From contig NC_043008.1 of the NCBI RefSeq assembly GCF_006345805.1, positions 30,132,001 through 30,196,000 on the forward strand: a stretch of DNA of 64,000 bases, written 5' to 3'. The DNA comes from Octopus sinensis. Its lineage: Eukaryota. The notes beneath the pieces were generated by a model that ran no database searches, had not been told where the DNA came from, and saw only the letters and a list, made by a program, of their open reading frames with translations. This document shows positions 25,251-39,967 of this stretch, piece by piece; position 1 is the first letter of the stretch, and each line of letters starts with the position of its first letter. The position numbers and the translations under genes are program-made.

Positions 25251-26254
25251 GTGTTCAAAAAAGTTTACATTATAGTAGTAGGGAAGCTCAAACTGACCTG
25301 CTCCACCATGTTATCGTAAAAGACTATTTTCTATGTCAAGAGACACTGTAAGTGTGTTTGGGTGTGGGGAAGAAAGAGTAATGTGGAACTGAAAATAATT
25401 TCTTTTTGTTTCTCCTTCACGCATCAATGATTTGGGGATTGATCTTTAGAGGTCAGAATGGTGCGAGTGTGTGTGTCTTTGTGTGTGTATATACATATGT
25501 GGTGTGAATAGATGTGTCTGTGTGTTTGTAAAATTTGGTAGGACGGTATGTGTATATGTGTGTCCGTTTGTCAACCGTGTGTGTAAAACCCACCGTGCGT
25601 TTTACTGATGATGCTCTGCAGTGCATCCACGAGATGTAGTTTCAGGTTGTGTGGATATGTGTGTGTACATATGTATATACACGTATGTGTGCGTGTCTGT
25701 GTGTCTGCGTGCGTGTGTGTGTATGTGTATCTTAAAGTGTGGGGAAGATAAAGATTGGAAACTATCTGAAAAATTCGAATTATCGGACATACCGTCATCT
25801 TCTATACCTCCTTTGTACAATACTCATGTGTGGACGCCCCCAGACGATGAAGTAGACTAGCCCAATACGTAGATATAGAGGGAGAAGTCTAGACGTCGGA
25901 GAGTAGTAAGTGTAGTGAACAGTTGAGTAGCAGCCGGAGCACAGCTGATTAGTAGTAGAGAGAGTAGACTAGAACGGTTGAGTAGCGGTGACAGAAGATT
26001 AGAGTTGAGTAGTAGGGGCATCCGAACGTGCGACATAACAAATACTGTACCTTGGATATGTGTGAACTAATATCTTCGTTCATCTGTTATTAAGACCATT
26101 CTAACTATTAATGAAAGTCAAGGATTGAGATGTTTATTTGGTGCATTGTTTAACACACTATGCGACTTATTGCAAACATAGTGTTTTTACCAACTTTATC
26201 TTAGTTAAAATATGTTTGTAACATATCTGAAATTCTAAAGGCAAATTCACTAGA

Positions 26255-26565
26255 GTTGCCGCTGAAAAAAGAATTCTCTTTTGTGGTAAAAGGTGTAAAA
26301 ATTCCGTGCCAGCCCTGTGTTGCGCTCTATTGCAAATTCTCCCAACCGGGTGGTCCAACAGAGCAACTTAGTCAATGTTGTTGACTGTATTTAGTTAAAG
26401 CTGCGGCTTTAAATCTAGTGAGAATTACCTCTCTGCGGCATTTTCCATTTAGGTAGACCAAAGAGGCAGAAACTCTGAGCGTGGGAATCCAATACAGAGC
26501 AGCAATGGGCAGATATGGTATTTTACACAATTTAACCTAACAGAGAATTTTTCCTGCGCGGTAAC
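26255..26565. mobile_element. MITE-like element with long imperfect TIRs
   Basis: gttgccgctgaaaaaagaattctcttttgtggtaaaaggtgtaaaa versus reverse complement of the end, gttaccgcgcaggaaaaattctctgttaggttaaattgtgtaaaa. Confidence 0.5.
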
Positions 26566-26662
26566 AACAGTAGAATTACATTTAGAACTTGAAATGTGTC
26601 ACATACATTTTAACTAACCTAAATTTCGCGTATGCATTATCACTGCTTGGTTCTGATTCTGT

Positions 26663-26716
<54 letters not shown>

Positions 26717-26836
26717 CGCGTGAACGTGTGTGTAAGTAAGTATACGGGTGTTGTGTATGGAAGCACATAAACACATATATATACATATGCTTCCACCCAC
26801 ACACACATGCAAGAACATACATGTATATACATGTAT

Positions 26837-26919
<83 letters not shown>

Positions 26920-27685
26920 TGTATGTATGTATGTATGTATGTATGTGTGTGTGTGTGTCTGCTCACGAGAGTTCATTTCTTGTACTGTTACATTTCCAAT
27001 TCGTTTACGCTACTATAACTTCCGAGAGGTGAAGATACTACACATTTTACCCGAGTTTCTATTAATTTAAGGTGTTCTGTCTCTAAATTAAATCAATATT
27101 TAATTGGTGTTTACAAGTTTCGTGCGAGATTCTCACGTATTTTCCTTTGAGACACTTTTATTTAATGATCGTCAATTTACTCTTGTTTGCCTAATTCGAT
27201 TTCTTATTATTTTGAGTACTTCTTTTATCTGCTTCTGTTGTTTTGTGGTGTTTTTCTTTAAGTTCTTATTTGTTCTCCAAGTAAATATTATTATTTATCT
27301 AATTACGAAAAATTAATGTATTTCACTGTGTAATCTTCTTCAGACAAAAACATAACAAATACAGCGTTCGATCGCCTCATTTCTAAGGCAATGATATATA
27401 TTCTAAAACGTAGGTTTTTCGTTTATTTAATAAAGAATACTTATGTAATCGATACTTATTATGAAATTATATCTATTCTCTATAATATAATGGCTTATGC
27501 GACACAGTCATCTTTCGGCGTTCTATGAGAAAGTAATACAATATATAATATTCACTCTATGTATGCAAATACGTACATATATATATATATATATATAAAT
27601 ATATATATGTATGTAAGTGTGTGTCCTAATATACATCTATATATACATATGTGTACATATATATAAATATATATACATATATATA

Positions 27686-28234
27686 TCTATTATATAAAAT
27701 CCGTTCTGTCTGTCTGTCTGTCTTCTAGGATCTCGAGCATCCTCCAACCGATTGCACTCAAACTTGATATGTAGATAACGAAGGTATCAGGGCGTGTATA
27801 AGTCTTAAAAAAAACTAAAAATTGATTCGAGGTGAGAATGCGATCGATAAAACCGTGGGAACGTGCATTTGGACGCGCATGTACATCAGCTGTTGCGATG
27901 GACACTACGCGTACGCGAGAAAAACGCACGTGCAGTTTGCGCAAAAAAAGCCGGCTGGCTTCAAATAATGCCACAAAATGCAGTATATTTAAGAGACCGA
28001 AAAAGTAGGATGCAACACTGATACTTTCTTCAAACTTGGCATGAAGGAAGGAAAGGCTATTGTGTGTCTCAAGAAGTTTTTGTTTTTTTTGCCTAAACTT
28101 CGTTTAACAAAACCAAAAATTTTATTGAAATAAAGGCATGCTTAATTATTTTTTAATGAAAAGAAAACACTGATTGCGTTTTATTCAGCAGATATGATAC
28201 AGCACTGTCTATTGGACGAGGGGCGTTTTGCTCG
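27686..28234 (+). mobile_element. Non-autonomous Helitron
   Basis: Starts A|TCTATTATATAAAA followed by (CTGT)n and ccaaccgattgcactcaaacttg; ends gggcgttttgCTCG|T (decayed CTAG); inserted in TA-rich DNA with no TSD. Confidence 0.6.
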
Positions 28235-28543
28235 TATATATATATATATACACACACACTCACACACATACACTCCCATATATAGATATGTGTATCTTGC
28301 GTGTATGTATGTGCGCATATATATATATATATATAACCTTAGCATTGTGTTTGATGTACAGTCGTTGTTGGCATTCTTTCTTGTAAACTAAGGCGAAACT
28401 GTGTGTTACTGTGGACTGCCAGAATATTCGAGATATTTTTCATACGCTGAAATTCTAATGAAACTTAAATCATTTTCAAAACAACGCATGTGCAGACACA
28501 CACACACACTTATATATATATCTCGTTCAGAGATTTATTATTG

Positions 28544-28594
<51 letters not shown>

Positions 28595-29309
28595 TGTATA
28601 TCAAAAATAATATCTGTATGTGTATGTGTATATGCATGCTTGTACACAATGAGCGATGTTGCTTGCTAAAGCACCAATGTAATGTTAGTATACGCTGTAG
28701 TGGAAAGGATCTAACTAATCTCTCCATAATATATTTGTTTAAGATATTGTGAAAAAGTTTTCACTCTCAACTTATAATTTATTTAGTCTCTGTTGGTTGT
28801 GGCATTGAATTAATACTGTTTCAAATTAATGGGGAGCAGATTCCCAAATTCCCGGGTGATGATATTAGAGTGCAATCACCGTAGCTGAAAGATAACATTA
28901 AATATACATGCTACAGCAAGGTTATTCTATAGAGGTATATCAAAAGGAATACATATTCATAAGAATATGGTAAATGATTATGTAATTCTGTTCAATATTG
29001 CTTGATGGTCAGTTGCTTTTGTATTAACTACAGCAATATATTACAATGTAAATTTATAATAAACCGCTTACATATTCTACATGTAATATGAGTAAACATG
29101 TGCTGAAGTGTCTTACTGAGTGGCTCAATAAAAGACTAACTTAAATTTAAAAACTCGAGAATGTAACAAGATAATATTGATACGTTAGGAATGAAATCAA
29201 TAGCATAGATATTAATAAATTCAAACCTTACTTCAAAAAGTGATAAGCCACATTGCCGATCTTAGAGTTGATTACTTACAGCCTAACACTGCATTGTAAT
29301 CCAGAAATA

Positions 29310-29610
29310 AGCAAAGAATTTATAAGCTAGCTTATCAAACTGGGAATTAATAAAAGAGAAAGAATTCAATAGGTATTAGTAAACTATGGTTCAAAATCAG
29401 GAATTAGTAAACTGTATCAAATCACAAAGAATTAGATGGCCAGATATGAAAACAAAGAATTAGTAAACTACAGTATGGCATTAATAAATGATAAGCTTTC
29501 TTGTACAAGAAAGGATTAGTGAGGTGGATCATAACAATAAGAAATATTATTGTGTAAACATAGGCTTTAGTAGTCCGGATGTACGTATAATATCTATCAG
29601 GAATTAGATA
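29310..29610 (+). repeat. Degenerate minisatellite, about 30 bp
   Basis: Recurrent (a/g)gaattagtaaact-like core, about 8 times. Confidence 0.5.
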
Positions 29611-30569
29611 AGTTTTATACTGAGAATAAATTCATTCACTCTAATCTAAAGCCAAAATTCTGCTTCCATATTCCTTGGTAAAAAATCCGAAAAGAGAGAT
29701 CATTTTTTTTTTCTGATTTGTAAGGAATCAAAAAGAAAGTAGGTTCCAGCAATTTCACAATATGAATGCAAATATCCTCCAAAGAACGTCGCAGCTTTGA
29801 CACATTCAAAACAAAACAAAATTATGGGAAACAATATAATTTCCATTCTCAACTTATAGCTGAACGGAGAAAAATTAGAAAATATGTTGCTAGTCAATTT
29901 ATAAATATCGGTTAGCGGAACTTACGTAAATGGATATTATATAAAAGGATATCACTTTCAAAATGTAGAGTGTTTCTTCATACTACTTATTTTCATGTTA
30001 CTTTCCAAAACAGGAATATATTATGTCAGTTATTACGATAGACTGATGATGAACTTTTCTATACAAAAACATCCACTTTATCTCTGATGCAATAATTGAT
30101 ATGGAAAAACAATATTTTCACTTTTAATGTGCTATTCAAGTTCTACATACCAGACCTCGGTTTGTCAAAATTGATTTGCCTATATCGATAAGTAATGAAA
30201 GTGCGAATTGAGCTATTAAAATTATTGCTAATAATTATATATGCTTGTATTCCAATGGTGTATATACGATATATAAATGAGAAAGCTTACCTGATTACCT
30301 GAATGTCTACTCTAGTAATCACACACATAAATACACACATATATACGCACACACGCACACGCACACCCATACACACTCGAGCACTTATATATATATATGC
30401 TCTTTAAGTTACGAACAAGAGTAAAAAAAAATTCAAAAAACGTAGGGCGCTATGACACATTTAATCCGGTTCAGTTAGACTGGCTTAAATGTATCATAGT
30501 ATGGCAGTCGCTTCTTCAGACAAGAGAGCCTAGGCGAAGCAACAACATACATTATACTATTGAGAGAAG

Positions 30570-30740
30570 TAAGGTTGCGAACTGGCAGAATGTATAGCGA
30601 CATTTCTTCTGTCACCACCTTTCGAGTTCGAATTCCGCCTAAGTCGACTTAGACTCTCATCCTTTCGCAGTAGTTAAAATAAGTTGAACACTGAGGTCGA
30701 TGGAATCGTCTTACTTCCTCCCCACAAATTTCAGACCAGT
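30570..30740 (+). mobile_element. SINE family A
   Basis: gcgaactggcagaat..gagttcgaattccgcctaagtcgactt..catcctttcg..aaaataag..gaggtcgatggaatcg. Confidence 0.7.
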
Positions 30741-31134
30741 AACAAAATCGAAAAAAATCATTCTGTTGAGGAAAGTTGTGTGAAAATATATTTTGATAAT
30801 TAGTAATCTCAAACTCCAGAGCACGTGAGCCTCAAACCAAACAAACACAAGGTGTTACTTTCCGTTGTAACATACACACGCAAGCGCATTCAGGTGTTTA
30901 GCTGAACACATGAATACACAGAAACACAATTCTTCGTACAAAAAAAAGAACATTTGAAATTGCAACCACAGACTGCCAGAAGAGAGTGAGTGATTATATA
31001 TATATGAATATATATATATATATATACATATGTATATATATGTAGTAACAATTTAATAAATAAAACATATGCATACATACATACATACCGACATCTATAT
31101 GCATATATACATATATACATGCATATATGGGTAT

Positions 31135-31193
<59 letters not shown>

Positions 31194-31196
<3 letters not shown>

Positions 31197-31482
31197 CAAA
31201 TTAGAGACAAAACCACTATTATGCAAATCAAACAAAGAAAGACTTAAGCCTATACATAAAATAATTTATATAAATTAAAATTTAAGTAGTTATTCATATG
31301 TTAAATTTTAATGTATAAAAATTATTTTTTGTATTGGCTTAAGTCTTCCTTTGTTTGATTTGCATAATAGTGGTTTTGTCTCTAATTTGATATAATATAA
31401 TATTTTATTATAAAATTGGATTCAATCTTAAATCTGAATTTTCCTTGTAAATTTGGATTTATTCCCTAATATTTATTATCAT
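31194..31482. mobile_element. Foldback element with right tail, between two (TA)n tracts
   Basis: Arms 31194-31285 and 31301-31392 (tatcaaattagagacaaaaccactattatgcaaatc / gatttgcataatagtggttttgtctctaatttgata); tail of about 90 bp. Confidence 0.8.
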
Positions 31483-31541
<59 letters not shown>

Positions 31542-31678
31542 TGAGAGGAATGTTTACGCAATGTAAGCATGTATGGGGAAGAGTCACAGTCCTTTCACAC
31601 GTACATTTTCTGAATTGCACAACACAACCTTTCCACATATTCCGTCGTGACTAATCAATGCTTTCAGTTATGTAGATG

Positions 31679-31715
<37 letters not shown>

Positions 31716-31838
31716 ATCTCTATGTATATGTGTATGTATTTATATATGTATATATATATGTATGAATATCTATATATATATGAATATATAGATATGTATA
31801 TATATGTATATATATATACATATACATTATATACACAG

Positions 31839-31870
<32 letters not shown>

Positions 31871-31969
31871 TATATATATATATATATATATATTGGACGA
31901 CAAAAAGATAACAAAGTCAAGGCTGTCACGTGGTTTCAGAACATTTATGAGGAAAGTGATGTAGATATA

Positions 31970-32017
31970 GTCTTACATCGGTTTCTGGGATATTACGGAC
32001 ATCCCTTCATCAGAGAC
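31970..32017 (-). ncRNA. Type-I hammerhead ribozyme motif, canonical core
   Basis: Minus strand: GUCU CUGAUGA A GGGAUG-7nt-UAUCCC A GAAA C-cgau-G UA AGAC; stems I and II pair, GUA triplet; about 80 bp from (TA)n. Confidence 0.8.
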
Positions 32018-32821
32018 GATGTGAGATGTTTAAATAGAGGTAATTGTTTGAATTCGAAATAAGGAATTATTTTGGAATAGGAGGACATAAGGAATATAGA
32101 AGGAAATAAGAGAATGAAAGTAGGAGTAAAATATATAACATTGTTGTTGCTGTTCCATTATTCGAGTAAAGGGGTGTATAGAAGTGGTGAAAAGTTTCCT
32201 GCACATGGTATGTAAGTTTTAATAGTAGTTCAAGTTTAATCATTCCTCATTTTGGAGCCGTGGATTCTGTGTTGCTCAATCGAAGAGGTTTTGTTGTGTG
32301 AATGAAAATTTGAGAATGTATTGGTAGCATCGGGGTTGGGGGAGAGATGTGTATGATTAGAATGAAATAGGTCAAAGTGAAGACAGGAAGTGAAAATGAG
32401 AGGAAGAACGAGGAAATAAGGACAAAAATAATAAAAAGAGAGTGAAAAGAACAGAGAGAACAAAAAAGTGAAAAGAGTGAAAAGAAAATAAGAAAGAAGA
32501 TTTAAGTGGAGGGAAGTATATAAGTATGTCAAATTTCTATAAATAGACGTATGAGATTGGTAGGAATCAGAGAGGAAGAAATCAGATATAATGACATTCG
32601 AAAGCGCGCACATACGTACATATACATATACTACCAGAAGTTCACCGTTACAGATAGTATAATTAACAACCACACAATAATAACGATAATAGTAATAATA
32701 ATACTAATAACTTAAACCGTCCTACCCCCATCTCTAACCTCTCATCTAACAGTATCACCTTTTCCATTCCTGAAAATAATCCCTAAAATACACCCACTTC
32801 TAACTGCCATCTTGGGTCCAT

Positions 32822-33170
32822 CTGCCGTCTACAAACCCATTGTAGAAGATCTAATGTAATTTATAAATGCACCATCCTCAACAGATTACACAATTCAACA
32901 GCTATATATATAGTACCATAAATGTTAAATCAAGATATCCCGCTCTTTTAGATACAAGAAACAGTAAATCCATCGTACTCGCCTGTCACATACATCATCT
33001 CAAAAATTGAAATTCCCAACATTTTGTCATGGTTCATAATAGATTCAGGGCTTTCATACCAAGGTCAACGCTTAGCCTGTAAGTTATGCCTAAAAGAGGC
33101 ATTCCACACTAATAAATAAATATGATAAGAGCTTAAGTACATGTAACCACCGCTTTTAACATACCTTCAA
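32822..33170 (+). pseudogene. Penelope-like element GIY-YIG endonuclease remnant
   Basis: Translates CRLQTHCRRSNVIYKCTI...AIYI, then LACHI..LK, LSWFIIDSG..YQG..ACKLCLKE..C.HRF, matching the PLE CPLxGxC / VIY-YIG / CxLCLxEK / CRH pattern; frameshifted. Confidence 0.7.
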
Positions 33171-34260
33171 CTTTTACCAGAAATCTAAATGTAACCTAAA
33201 TAACCACACAGCATATATCAACAGCACCCCTAGGTAATCCCCAACAACCTTACTTAACTCTATCTCCATTTGAATTTTGAATTTTTATTCTATATTTTCT
33301 TTTTATCTCGCCTGTCTTACATTAAGGATCTCAGTCATTTAATACTACATATATGGACATACAAGCGGATACATGGGTGTGTGTGTAAATGTGTGTGCAC
33401 AAATTGTATGTATGAATATGTATGTGGGTATATGTATGTATATTTATATATATATGTATGTGTGTATGAATATGTATATGCATATGTATATAGAAATGCA
33501 CATGAGTGTACATATATGTACATATGTATACATAAGTACCTGTTTCTGCGCGTGAGTATGACTGTGTGTAAGCGCGTGTGTGCCTGCGCAAATGTATGTG
33601 CGTATGCATGAACATGTATACGCATACGCACGCATATGCGTGTATCAATACGTTTATGGATGCGCGTGAGCGTGCACGTGTTTGCATATGTGTATGTATA
33701 TGCGTATGTATATGCGAATGTATATATATGTGTGTGTATATGCATGTATGCATGTGCGCACATGTGTATGTACGTATGTGCGCGCGTACGTATGTCATTA
33801 TGCCTTAGTTCCTCCTCTCTGATTCCTGCCTATTACACTAACCTATCACATTTACAGAAACTTGACTCCCTTATATTCTTTATTCCGCTTTATATTTTGC
33901 TACTAAAACAGCTACTCACTTTGGTATCATCCCACCTATACCTTATCACCCCTACTCAAACTTAGTGATTCCTTCCACCCCTCCCCCACTTCTTTCACAT
34001 CTTCCCCTCACATTATCTTGACCACCAACTAACATTCTTTTCGCACTTGTTTCACTCTTTCTTATTTTCTTTTCACTCACCACTATCGAAAAAAGAGTGT
34101 AACTACGGTCTGGCCATAGACTTACTTAACATTACAAGATTGTCTTTGGGTCTTCTAGATACCAATACCTTATATCTATGACAGTGAATGTATTGGTTAT
34201 ATATTATATATGCATATACATATATATATCATACGATACATATATGTATATGTATGCATG

Positions 34261-34292
<32 letters not shown>

Positions 34293-34617
34293 ATATATAT
34301 ATACATACATGTACATTGAGACATATAAAAGCATGCAGAGCAGACATTTTTATTCATGAAATACATCACTTACCATCTTTTGTTCTATGAATATCGATTT
34401 CATATGTCCCCCTACTATTTCGCGTGTTTACTATGTATGCATGTCGGTAATAAAGTATGCCTAGAAGAACCAATTAATATCATTATATACATTCATATAT
34501 GTGTGTATTTTGCTTGTATGTATAAACACATGCAAACGCGAGTTTTTGCCTTTGTACACACATACACATTTATATATATTATATGCATATGTATACATAC
34601 ATATACATTTATATACA

Positions 34618-34654
<37 letters not shown>

Positions 34655-35402
34655 TGTGTATATGAATGTATACAAACATGTATAAATCTATACGAATGTA
34701 TACTTATGCATGCTTACACATATTAGCGTGTGTGCATATGCACTTATGTATGGATGAATGTGTTCTGAATTTTGATGAATTAGGTCTAATCAGCAAACCA
34801 GCTCTGGTACTGTGCTTTCTCTACTCATGTCTGTTTTCAGTAAAATCGCTAATGGAGTACGGCAGGTGTGCGTAAGCTTAACGCTTAGAAAGCTCTAGAA
34901 TCTATGTTAGGATCAGTCGGCATGAATGAATAACGAAGCATGCAACATTTGTAAGAAAGATCGATCAAAGTAGGCTGCAGTTTGCAAAGTGGAAGTGGTT
35001 CTCTTGTTTGCTGCTTAAACGGTGGCTAGGCCAATTGTTCGTTACAATACAATGATCTGTTTTGTCAATTTATTCATTCTTTCTCTCTCAACAATCGCCA
35101 TTCCTACGCTTACCGTAGCTCGCCCACTTGCACGCACTCTCACCAACCCACAATCACAACATACATACATACATACATACATACATACATACAAAAAACA
35201 TATATATACATAAATATATGTATGCATATATATATGAATATATATTATATATATAAAGATAGATATACATATATGTATGTGTGTATATATATATGAATAT
35301 TGTATATATATATATGTATATGTAAACATATATGAATGTATATATATATATACCTATATATATATATATATACAATATATGTATATGTGTGCGTGTATAT
35401 AT

Positions 35403-35466
<64 letters not shown>

Positions 35467-36134
35467 TATATACATAAATGTATATGTGTGTGCGTGTATA
35501 TACATATGTTAATATATATATATACATACACGTAAATGTGTGTGCGTGCATATACATATGTTTATATATTTATATATATATATATATATAAGCACGTATT
35601 TCTGCTGCTGTTTGTGTCTTCATCTCTCTGTCGAGCTATTTCACTTTCTATCTCACATTATATATTCCGCTTTTCTCTCTATATCTCTTTTACTCTCTCT
35701 CCGTCTTGTACGAATTAAATGTCTGTGATAGCATATCTCCGTGATCGTCTTTAACTTTTAAACTCTACAGATTGTGCTCGAGTTTTCTGATTTTACTCAT
35801 CTTCTTTATGCTTTCACCCCTCTTTCATTCGACACCTGCTTCTTTATCTACCACTCCAACTATTTCAAAATATATCTTTTATCTGGCTTTCTCGTCTGAG
35901 AATAATCTATCTCCTCAACATTGTTTCTTTATCGAAATATCTGCTTAAAGGCCTTATCCTTGTTCATCTTCGTTGCATTATAATTCTTATTTCCAACCAC
36001 TATCTCAACTCTGGGTCTCTCTCTCTTCCTCTCCATCTCTCTCTCCCTGTAAATATGCATACAAATATATATGTGTGTGTGCGTGTATTATATATAGGTA
36101 TATGTTATATAGATATGTATTATATATATGTACA

Positions 36135-36230
<96 letters not shown>

Positions 36231-36889
36231 GCGTGTGTGTGTGTGTGTGTTCCTTTCTTTCGCTCTTTCACTCTTTCACTATATTCTCTCTCCTCTCCAC
36301 ACCGCGCCCGCTGTCTTTCTCGCGTAAATGCATTTTAGCCGATTGGATATCGTATCGAGGGTCTTCAGCACAGGCTATCTTATCAACAAGTTGGGGAGAT
36401 AATCTAGACTACTGCAATTCGTGACGATTGTATGTTAATTTATTCTGCTAAATTTCACTTTCAAAATTGAATTTGAATAGGCAGCACATGGAAACTCTAA
36501 ATATCTCATACCTTTGTAAGTATAAATGCACATACACAGAAACAATTACAAGTAAGTACACATACTTATATTGATTGTTACTAATATATATACGAAATGG
36601 TAATTAGCTGCTAACGCGTGTATCTGCTTTGTCCTGAAAATCTCTAAGAAAATTGGAAATAGTTCGAAATAACTAACAACTGAGTGAAATAATATATATA
36701 TTATAAAACTGATGAAATAGTATATTATGAAATTAATATATAACATTGAGGGAATCTTCGACAAATTACGAGGTTTAAGTATTAGATGTAAAATTTTCGA
36801 CAAAACTACTTGTTTTCGGAAACTTCGAAATACTTCTAAACCAATTACATGGTAATATTTACTTCCTCAGAATTTTAGTTACAATTTTT

Positions 36890-37070
36890 TGCACAAGGAC
36901 AGCAAGGTTGGGAAGGTAAAACAAGTTTACTTTCATCGATCCCATTGCTCAATTCGTACTCATTTTATCAAACCTGGAATGATGAAAAGCAAAATCGTTC
37001 ACGTCGGTATTTGAACTCAGAATGGAAAGACTGTGAAATGCGAGATAACGATTCAATCAGTTCGCCATCT
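36890..37070 (-). mobile_element. SINE family A (decayed)
   Basis: gcacaagg..tcgatccc..ggaatgatgaaaagcaaaatcg..cggtatttgaactcagaatg. Confidence 0.65.
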
Positions 37071-37434
37071 TACGTTCTTAGAATATTAACCGGAACAAAC
37101 GTATGAAATTGTTGTTCAAATCAATATTGAAATTTATGACGAGGCAGAATCTTAAGTTAAAATCGTTTTAGTTGTGACTACATATTACTGATTATCGTGC
37201 ATCAGCTAAAGATAACAATAGCTTAATTTGATATCTTTTGTAATAAACAAATATGCTATATACAACTTTCAGGATTTTCAGGCGAAACTAATTAATTAAT
37301 CACGCTCACACATGCATACACGCGCGCACGCACAGATACATACGCGCACACACACATGCACACACATGCACACACAGACACACGCGCACACACACATACT
37401 CACTCACAAATATATATACAAACGCACATATATT

Positions 37435-37712
37435 GTGAAGGCGCATGGTTTAGTGGCTCGGCCAAGCTGTGTGTTGTGTTCTGGAGCAAGATACTGTATT
37501 TCAAGTTGCTCTAGTTTACTCAGCCGTAGAAATGAGTTGCGACGTCACTGGTACCTAGCAGTATCAGCCTTTGCATTTCTCTTGGATATCATCGATGGCA
37601 TGGGAAGGAGCAAACTAGCATGCATGGGCAACTGCTGGTCTTCCATAAGCAACCTGCCCCAGACTTCTGCCTCGGAGAGGAACTTTCTAGGTGCAGTTTC
37701 ATGGTCATTGAC
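37435..37712 (+). mobile_element. SINE family C (tRNA-like head)
   Basis: gtgaaggcgcatggtttagtgg..gtgttgtgttctggagcaagatac..ctcagccgtagaaatgag..gcatgggcaactgctggtcttccataa. Confidence 0.7.
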
Positions 37713-37979
37713 TCTTTATTATGATATATAGATATATATACATTACAAAATTTCCCAAAAATTTGCACGATCCCATTTCGAAGAAATATCTTCCACGGAG
37801 ATATTTCTGTAGATACCTTTTCTTCTCTCCCCACCCTTTCCATTACCTTTCCCGCTTGCTCTCCCTTCCCTGTATAGATATATGTATTGTGCGTGTACAT
37901 AAATATATGTGTGTGTATACGCAAATAAAGAGATGCATATCCTTCCATAATTACTAAAATTGTTTCTGTATTTAGAGTA

Positions 37980-38628
37980 CCTCACTTCAGTTCTCTTTCC
38001 CCTTCATCACTCTCAGCCATCGAGTATTTCTCTTCACCTCTCTCTCCCCAATCGTCCTACCCTTTCACGCACACCATTCTCGATCTATTTCTCTCATTTA
38101 TCCTTTCTAATATTCACTAAATCTCCAATCCACATTTATCCTACTCTCTCTTCTAGTTGCTCTCACCGCTGTCTTTCATCCGCTCTTCCCTTTCTGCCCT
38201 TTCTTTCCCACAAAAATTTACAGCCCCACTGTGGCTCACAAAAAATTACTCTATGCCCATCGCATATTCATTTGCTCCCCTTTTTTATCCACTACATGCT
38301 CTCTCGCCCTCCATCTGCCCTCTCCTCCCACCAACACTTTCTCTCCTCTCTCGCTCTTCATCACCTCAACTTTCTCATCTTATTTTCCCTCTTCTCTATC
38401 CTCATGCCTTCCTGCACAACTTCCATTTCCTCTCTTCTCTCAGCCTCCCTCTCTTAACCCCTCATATATTCATTTATTCTCCTCTCTCGCACTCCACAGT
38501 CTGTCCCCTCTCACACTCCACTAAGCCTCCTCTAATTCTCCTCTCTTAGCTTCCATTTTGTTTCCTATATCACCCTCTGGTGTTCTTAACTGACTCAAAT
38601 CTCTCCCTCCTCTAATAACCTCATCTAT

Positions 38629-38692
<64 letters not shown>

Positions 38693-38850
38693 CCCGTGAA
38701 TTCTCTTTTATATCCACCTCTACATTCTCTCTTCGTTCTCTCTTTTATTGTTCTTTTCCCTCTCTTGACTGAGATTCCCCATTATTCTCTTCTCTCACTT
38801 CCCCATTATTCCTTCGCTACCTCTCTCTCATTGTCTCTCACTGCCTCTAT
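37980..38850 (+). repeat. Polypyrimidine / (CT)n low-complexity region
   Basis: Strong C/T bias with a (CT)n run at 38629-38689. Confidence 0.85.
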
Positions 38851-38889
38851 CTTCACCTACGAACAAACGACAAATTGGCACACACAACA

Positions 38890-39485
38890 AAGAAGGAAAT
38901 GATCAGTACAGTGAAAATGCCGTCGACTAAAAGACTAACGAAACTGGAAACGCTTCTCTGAGCTTCAATGGAAGCTGTGTATGATCCACCCAATAACCTT
39001 ATTGCTGTGGCCCACAAAAGCACGGATTTACTAGAACCGTGGCACAAATAAAGCTGCAAAATTTAATATATCCGCTCTTCTAGACTCATCAGACCACACT
39101 TGGATAAAGTGGTGATACCTACGATCTTTTTCGTGATACTTGAGAGATCTGTCTGCATTTAGTCAAGCAATATACGAAGATGCATCAGTGTACTGACAGA
39201 GATGATGAAGAGATACACATAGTATTGGTTGTTGTAAACAGCAGAAAAACCACTGAAATGTGTATGTGATATATCTCGACGTAGCTAAGTTCTTTCAAGC
39301 AGTATGATGGGATGATACATCACAATCTGTGATGCCTTGTTATCACAGGAAAGCTGGGAGACTGGCTACATAGCATTTTGAAAGGGAAAAACCAGACAGT
39401 TGCATTTAATGATGTTTCTCTCAAGAGACAGCCACTCACAGCGGAATCCTTCAGAGAGATATACTAGGAACACTACTGAATTACA
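38890..39485 (+). pseudogene. CR1/L2-type LINE reverse transcriptase remnant
   Basis: Translates NVYVIYLDVAKFF..YDGMIHHNL*CLVITGKLGDWLHSILKGKNQTVAFND..SGILQRDILGTLL, matching the LINE RT motifs DVIYLDFAKAFD..LGxWLxxFL..SGVPQGxVLGPLLF. Confidence 0.75.
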
Positions 39486-39967
39486 CACGTACAAAAGGAG
39501 AAAACTCTTTGAGATCTTCATGAATTAAAGGAGCACAATATTATACATTTTCATCATAACATGCGACTAGTTTCAATTGTTTTAAAACATGTAATCAGAA
39601 AAGAAAAAAATATGATAAATCTAAATTAAACGAAAATTTCGTGATAGAAGTTTTCAAATTTCACCTGTATTCTTACAAGATTTAAAGTATTGCCTATTAG
39701 GTTCTGTCCTATGACTCCTTGGCCACTATTACGACTTAGCAGTTAACTGAAGAAGCCAAACAATCAGTTCCATTTGAATTTTTTAAGAGTAAGACTCAAG
39801 ATTTGAAAACAACTATCATGGTAATTAATATATGTCGATTTATTTTCCCTTTCTGAATTGTACGAACAAAAGTATATTTTGATAACGATGTAAATATTTT
39901 CCTCCTTTTATTCGTGCTAAAGTTCTTAAAGCATTTCAGCATATATATATATATATATATATATATA

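Noticed and set aside
29310-29610. CRISPR-like short repeats
   Set aside because: Eukaryotic context, degenerate repeats, no constant repeat-spacer structure and no cas genes
37960-38549. 130-165 aa S/L/P/F-rich ORFs (also 8102-8419, 32236-32673, 60294-60710)
   Set aside because: Products of polypyrimidine or polypurine low-complexity DNA; no domain motifs
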